Assembly: GCA_977017575.1 (NCBI GenBank)
Contig: CDRNVI010000187.1
Coordinates: 1 to 64,000 of the forward strand
From: Paramoeba atlantica
Lineage: Eukaryota > Protista > Discosea
Length of the DNA: 64,000 nt
Reading direction: 5' to 3'
Shown here: piece after piece, positions 60,756 through 64,000 of the stretch
Layout: the number at the start of each line of letters is the position of its first letter
Numbering within the stretch: the first letter of the stretch is position 1
The notes under the pieces: generated by a model
What the model saw: only the letters and a program-made list of their open reading frames with translations
The model's database searches: none
What the model was told of the DNA's origin: nothing
Position numbers and translations under genes: made by a program

Positions 60756-62384
60756 TTACTTTGCTGCCCATCTCTTTTCAATCCCATCCATGTGAGCTAA
60801 AAATCATCTTTGATTAGTCTTTTATCTTAACCAAAAAGAAAAAAACAAAAAAAACAAAAAAAACAACAAAAAAAAAACAAAAAAACAAAAAAACAAACAA
60901 AAAAAACAAACAAAAAAAACAAACAAAAAAAAACAAACAAAAAAACAAACCAAGACCAACAACAGCAACAACCCTCTTCCCCTCCAACTCCCAAAGCTGA
61001 TCCACCATATACTGATCACGATCATGCAACATCACCTCTCCCGCTCTAGGCAACAAACGATCAACAATTGAAATATATTTTCGAACTGTTGGTCTATCTT
61101 TCATTCCTTCAACTCCTTCTTCTATTTGTTGTTTGATATTTTTGTTTGGGTCGAATTGCATGTTTTGTCCAAATTCGTGTTGGAGATCGGTTGGTGGGTT
61201 CATCATTAATTTCATGATATCGAAAGTTGAAACTATTTGAACCGAAACTTTAAACAAAGAAAGAAAAGAGAAAGAAAAGAAAAGAGAGATCAAGTTAAAA
61301 GAGAGAAAAACCTGAATTTTTGAGTTTTGTTAGTGTTTGTTGGATTGGCTTATCACCATTAACAATTGAAGGTCCTTTTCCTGACTTTCTAGAGAAAAAA
61401 GAATAATGGAGAAAGAAGAAGAGATAATCAGAAAAGAGAATTGGAGAGAGAAAAAGAAGGAAGTAAAAGAAAAAAAAATACTTTTTCATTTCATTGACTG
61501 TTTGCATTGCAGTTTGAAATTCAATTCCAGGAACAAAACCAATACTTTTTAAAAAAAAATATAATTCCTGTTATTTTTGAAATGAATATTTCAATCATTT
61601 TTTTAATTTAGAAAAAAAGAGATAAACAGAATTGGGAATTCCCATGAACCTTGATCATAGTTCCAAAAGTTCCGCCTTGAAATCCTTGAAACATTGTCAC
61701 TACAAAATTAATAAAGTGAGAGAAGAGAGAGAGGAAACAAACGAAAAAGAAAAAACAATTCAAAAAAAAAGATAAAAGAAAGAATACAATTTGAATTTCG
61801 AAAAAACTCTTGAACTGCTGTTGTTTCATCCTCATTTATAAACGATTCTCTTCTCATTTTTGCCGCTCTTTCTTCACAAAGTTCTAAAAACACAACATCT
61901 AACGATGAAATAAAAGGACCATTCAATGAAGGAAAAAGAGAGAAAAGGAAAGAAAGAGAAAGAAAGAGAGAGAGAGAGAGAGAGGAGAGAGATTCTAAAG
62001 ACCTGGTTCGACATTCTGGATAATATCTCTCACTTGAATGGCACTCTTTTCTGATATATGAGCAGTTCCTAGGAACCAAAAAATAAGAAAGAAAAGAGAA
62101 AGAAAAGAAAAGAGAGAGAAAAAGAGAAAAGAGAGAAACAAGAGAAAGAAAAGAAAAGAACCAACTAAATAAACTTCTTGTCCTTTTCTTCCCTGGAGAA
62201 AAGAAACAGTTTGTTGATCTTTCCCAGCAAGATTTCTCTCTTCTTCTCTCTTCTCTTCTTTCTCTTCCCCCTCTTCTTGATTCGATTTGATTCGGATTGT
62301 CCGAAAGAGAAGAGAATGAGAAGAGAGATAAGGAGAGAAAGAAAGAAATTGGTGCTGCTGTCTCCGCACAAGATTACAAAACAT
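60756..62384 (-). CDS. TRABD: TraB-domain protein (TRABD-like), multi-exon
   Basis: EVYLVG|TAHISEKS...VEP|DVVFLELCEER...G(I)EFQTA...IVNGDKPIQQTL...VMLHDRDQYMV...RVVAVVGLG|HMDGIEKRW. The N-terminus resembles a mitochondrial presequence. Confidence 0.88.
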
Positions 62385-62749
62385 CTTTTCTCTCTCTCAA
62401 AATCGCGTGTCAAAATAACGGAACAAAAAAGAGTTTTTTGTTGATTCTTTCGAAAAGGAGTTGTGTTTTTTTGACTTAGAGGAGTCCCTCTGGTGTCTAC
62501 ACCTTGCCCTTTCTTTTTCCAAACTTCTCTGAAAGAAAAAATTCTTTGCCTTCTCCTCCTTTCTTTTTCAAAGAACCAAGAAATTTCACTGGAAAAAGGG
62601 TCGGAATAAACTCCTGACCCTCTCAACATTTTTGGGCTATTTAGTCCATACTCTCGCCAATGCAAACCCCTCTTCCGCTCTTGGAAAAATTTTGATTTGT
62701 CTTTGTCAGTTACTTCCAATTTTCCAATTTTACGAAATCGAAAAAAATA

Positions 62750-62956
62750 ATGGCTTGTCCTGGATGCGGTTCTCCTAATTACTCGAAAGGTCTTTTTCCC
62801 TTTTTCTTCTCTTTCCAACTTCCTTATTGAGTTAACACGCTTTGTGTTCCAGGTGGTGGTTCCCCAAAATGTGGTGGCTGCGGCGCCCAACAACCAAGCA
62901 ATGTCTGCTCGAAGTGCAAGACCAACTACTGCTCGAAGTGTGGGAGTCGAAAGTGA
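62750..62956 (+). CDS. 47-aa microprotein with four CxxC motifs (double zinc-ribbon-like); 2 exons
   Basis: Exon 62750-62789, a 63-nt GT-AG intron with a branch-like gttaac, then exon 62853-62956: MACPGCGSPNYSKGGGSPKCGGCGAQQPSNVCSKCKTNYCSKCGSRK stop. Confidence 0.8.
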
Positions 62957-63154
62957 TTGAGAAATTTACTTCTCCTTCCTGGCCCAATAAATATTGAATA
63001 TTTGAAATGATTGTGAAGAATTCGGTTTCTGTCGCTTCCGTGAATTTATTTCATTGGAGAAAATGGCTCAGTACAAGTACAGTCTTTTGATTTTTTCACT
63101 TTCTCAAAAAACCAACTCTTTTTCTGCTTCAAAGCAAGCATCATCGTCAAGACG

Positions 63155-64000
63155 TCACGCCAAGGTGAAAGGCACAAAGACAGATGCTGATTTTACAAAT
63201 TCGGTGCAAATTCGGTGAACGTCCCGGCGTTTTTTTTTTGCTCCTTTTTTATTGAACTCGTTTTTGTTTCTCTTTTTGTCTCTCTTTTTGTTTCTCTGTC
63301 GGATCCCCAAATGGCATCGTTGTGGATGGGAGGCTTTTGATTGAGAGATTTCATTGAATTGGACCGACCAATTTCCCTTCCTCTCTTTCCTTCCGCTCTT
63401 TGAGATTTGAAGAGCTTGATTGACGGAGAGAAGAAGAAGATGGAGGAACATCATGTGGTTCGCCTTCTCTTTCTTCCATCTTGTTGCTCCTTGGAGAAAG
63501 GAAAACAATCAAAAAAAAAGTTTGGGAGGAGAGGAATTCGGTGGTCAGAGTGGCTGAAGTCCTTCGACCGTTTCTTTCTTTTTCCTCGATGGTTTTTTTT
63601 TTCTTTTCCATCCTTTTCTTTTTTGAATTTTTTTTGTTAGGATGGTGAAACGGCTTTCAGATCAGACAGAAGCAAGTCATTTTGAGCGCATCTTCAGCTT
63701 TAAAAAAAACCTTGAGCATCAGTATCTTTGGAGAAGAATGATGTTGGGATAATTTTGAGGTATGACATGGTCTTCCATTTGGGTAATTGTTGAGAGGTAA
63801 GGAATTATGGGGGTGTTCTGCCTCTTTTTTTACTGACCAACAGAGAAAAAAAATTAAAATCAAAAATAAAATATTTCTGGCTTGAAAAGCGGCTCTAAGA
63901 TGAAAATATTTTTTGAGCTCTGAGAGTTCATCTCCAATAATCAAGAACAAAAACATTGAAAGAAATGAGAACACATTTAAACAATGAAAAAATATGGATC
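63155..64000. other. Unresolved coding-like sequence at the right edge
   Basis: Composition is exon-like and several short ORFs occur on both strands, but I could not build a consistent spliced frame or recognise a domain. Confidence 0.25.

Noticed and set aside
62165-62893. 242-aa minus-strand ORF as an extended TRABD N-terminus
   Set aside because: It starts at TTG just after a stop, is out of frame with the TraB exons, and is antisense to the CxxC microprotein.

Overview
This is a gene-dense, AT-rich, intron-rich eukaryotic window. It is probably from an amoebozoan-type protist; that is an inference from the class-IV-like myosin architecture, the Skp1 KNDFTPEEE tail and the homopolymer-rich proteins and introns. 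I spliced the genes by hand, so many products do not appear in the ORF track. About 20 protein-coding genes are supported. In order: a head-to-head pair of DOMON plus copper type II (DBH/MOXD1-like) monooxygenases, an intronless secreted multicopper oxidase, a 7.7 kb orphan gene with duplicated exon fragments in its introns, an acidic coiled-coil protein, an SLC22/SV2-like MFS transporter, two short ankyrin proteins, TAPT1, and an ankyrin gene built one repeat per phase-0 exon with surface-restricted variation. After these come a carotenoid oxygenase, a WW-motor-IQ-MyTH4 myosin with three ~190-aa tail repeats, an orphan membrane protein, SKP1, U2AF1 with an RD tail, a 2H-phosphoesterase-VWA fusion, VPS23/TSG101 fused to a beta-trefoil-like domain, a CAMK-group kinase, TRABD and a hidden spliced 47-aa four-CxxC microprotein. 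I recognised no tRNA, rRNA, CRISPR array or transposase. The best candidates for something new are the DARPin-like exon-cassette ankyrin array, the 2H-VWA fusion, the Vps23-beta-trefoil fusion, the myosin tail repeat and the copper-enzyme cluster. All exon boundaries were inferred by eye, with no RNA data or database searches.
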